A DNA stretch of 64,000 nucleotides from Torpedo marmorata. Its lineage: Eukaryota. The stretch spans positions 11,408,001 to 11,472,000 of the forward strand of contig OZ360228.1 in NCBI GenBank assembly GCA_977017645.1, read 5' to 3'. Each line of letters opens with the position of its first letter. The first letter of the stretch is position 1. This document shows positions 63,291 through 64,000 of the stretch, piece after piece. Both the position numbers and the translations under genes were made by a program. The notes beneath the pieces are model-generated. The model was not told the origin of the DNA. It did not search any database and was given only the letters and a program-made list of their open reading frames with translations.

Positions 63291-64000
63291 TCAAAGCATG
63301 ACATCAGACTTGGGTCAGATGGTGAAAAAAAAATCTATGATGGTTCTAGGAGTTTAAGGAAAAATAAATCAAAGTGACAGTGGCCAAGTGGAAGCAGTTT
63401 CTTCAGCAAGTTCTCTAGCGATTGGTTTGTTCAAGTAAACTCAGATAAGGAAGGAATGAGCAATATTGGCCATTTCCACTTAAGAGACCAGATGACAGAT
63501 CAATAAATGAAGTCATATTGGTCAAACTGAAAAATGAAAAAGGGACAATTACTAAGTCTTAAAACTTTCAGAGGGGCTTAGAAGAGCAAATATATGGGCA
63601 AGACATTACAAAATTAACAAGGCAGTTTAGTAGATGATTTCATCTACCCTAAAGTTAATTTGGACATTTACAGAGAAAAGGGCATGGAAAGTGTAGATTT
63701 TTTATAGTGTGTTCGTAAGAACATTTTATATTTAATCAACCCAAGTGGAGAGGTTATTGCACTGAACTGGGCTTAAAACATTTCTTTTTGAAGTGTTTGC
63801 AGAATGGTGAAAAATGCTTGCACGACCAGTTTTTATTGTCCATCCCTAATTTTCCATTAAATCAATTAAAAGGTAAACACAATGCTGGGCAAGTCACATA
63901 CAAGCTGGACTTGATAAGGATGATAAATCTCCTTCCCTGAAGGACATTTGAAAACCAGATAAGGTTTTGATGACATTCCAGCAGTTTAATGGTCACATGA

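Overview
Vertebrate nuclear DNA, most likely from a cartilaginous fish (inferred from the repeat set: V-SINE/HE1-like and Deu-type SINEs, CR1, Rex1/Babar, L1-clade and Penelope-like elements). The whole window lies inside a PACS2 gene on the minus strand. I traced 12 internal coding exons by hand (58396 down to 511, 1330 nt in total). All have GT-AG ends and phase-consistent joins; start and stop codons lie outside the window. One of the 12 is a 33-nt cassette microexon (RKKSFHFDFNIS) that the ORF track misses. The introns hold a full-length but disrupted L1-clade LINE, several Rex1/Babar LINE copies of different ages, an internally deleted Tc1 transposon, MITEs with readable TIRs/TSDs, SINEs and Penelope-derived pieces with degenerate hammerhead-like motifs. 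The most unusual structure is a ~4.1-kb 24-bp minisatellite that grew out of the endonuclease coding sequence of a dead Rex1/Babar element. There is no prokaryotic system, CRISPR array, rRNA or real tRNA gene. Family names come from recalled motifs, not database searches.
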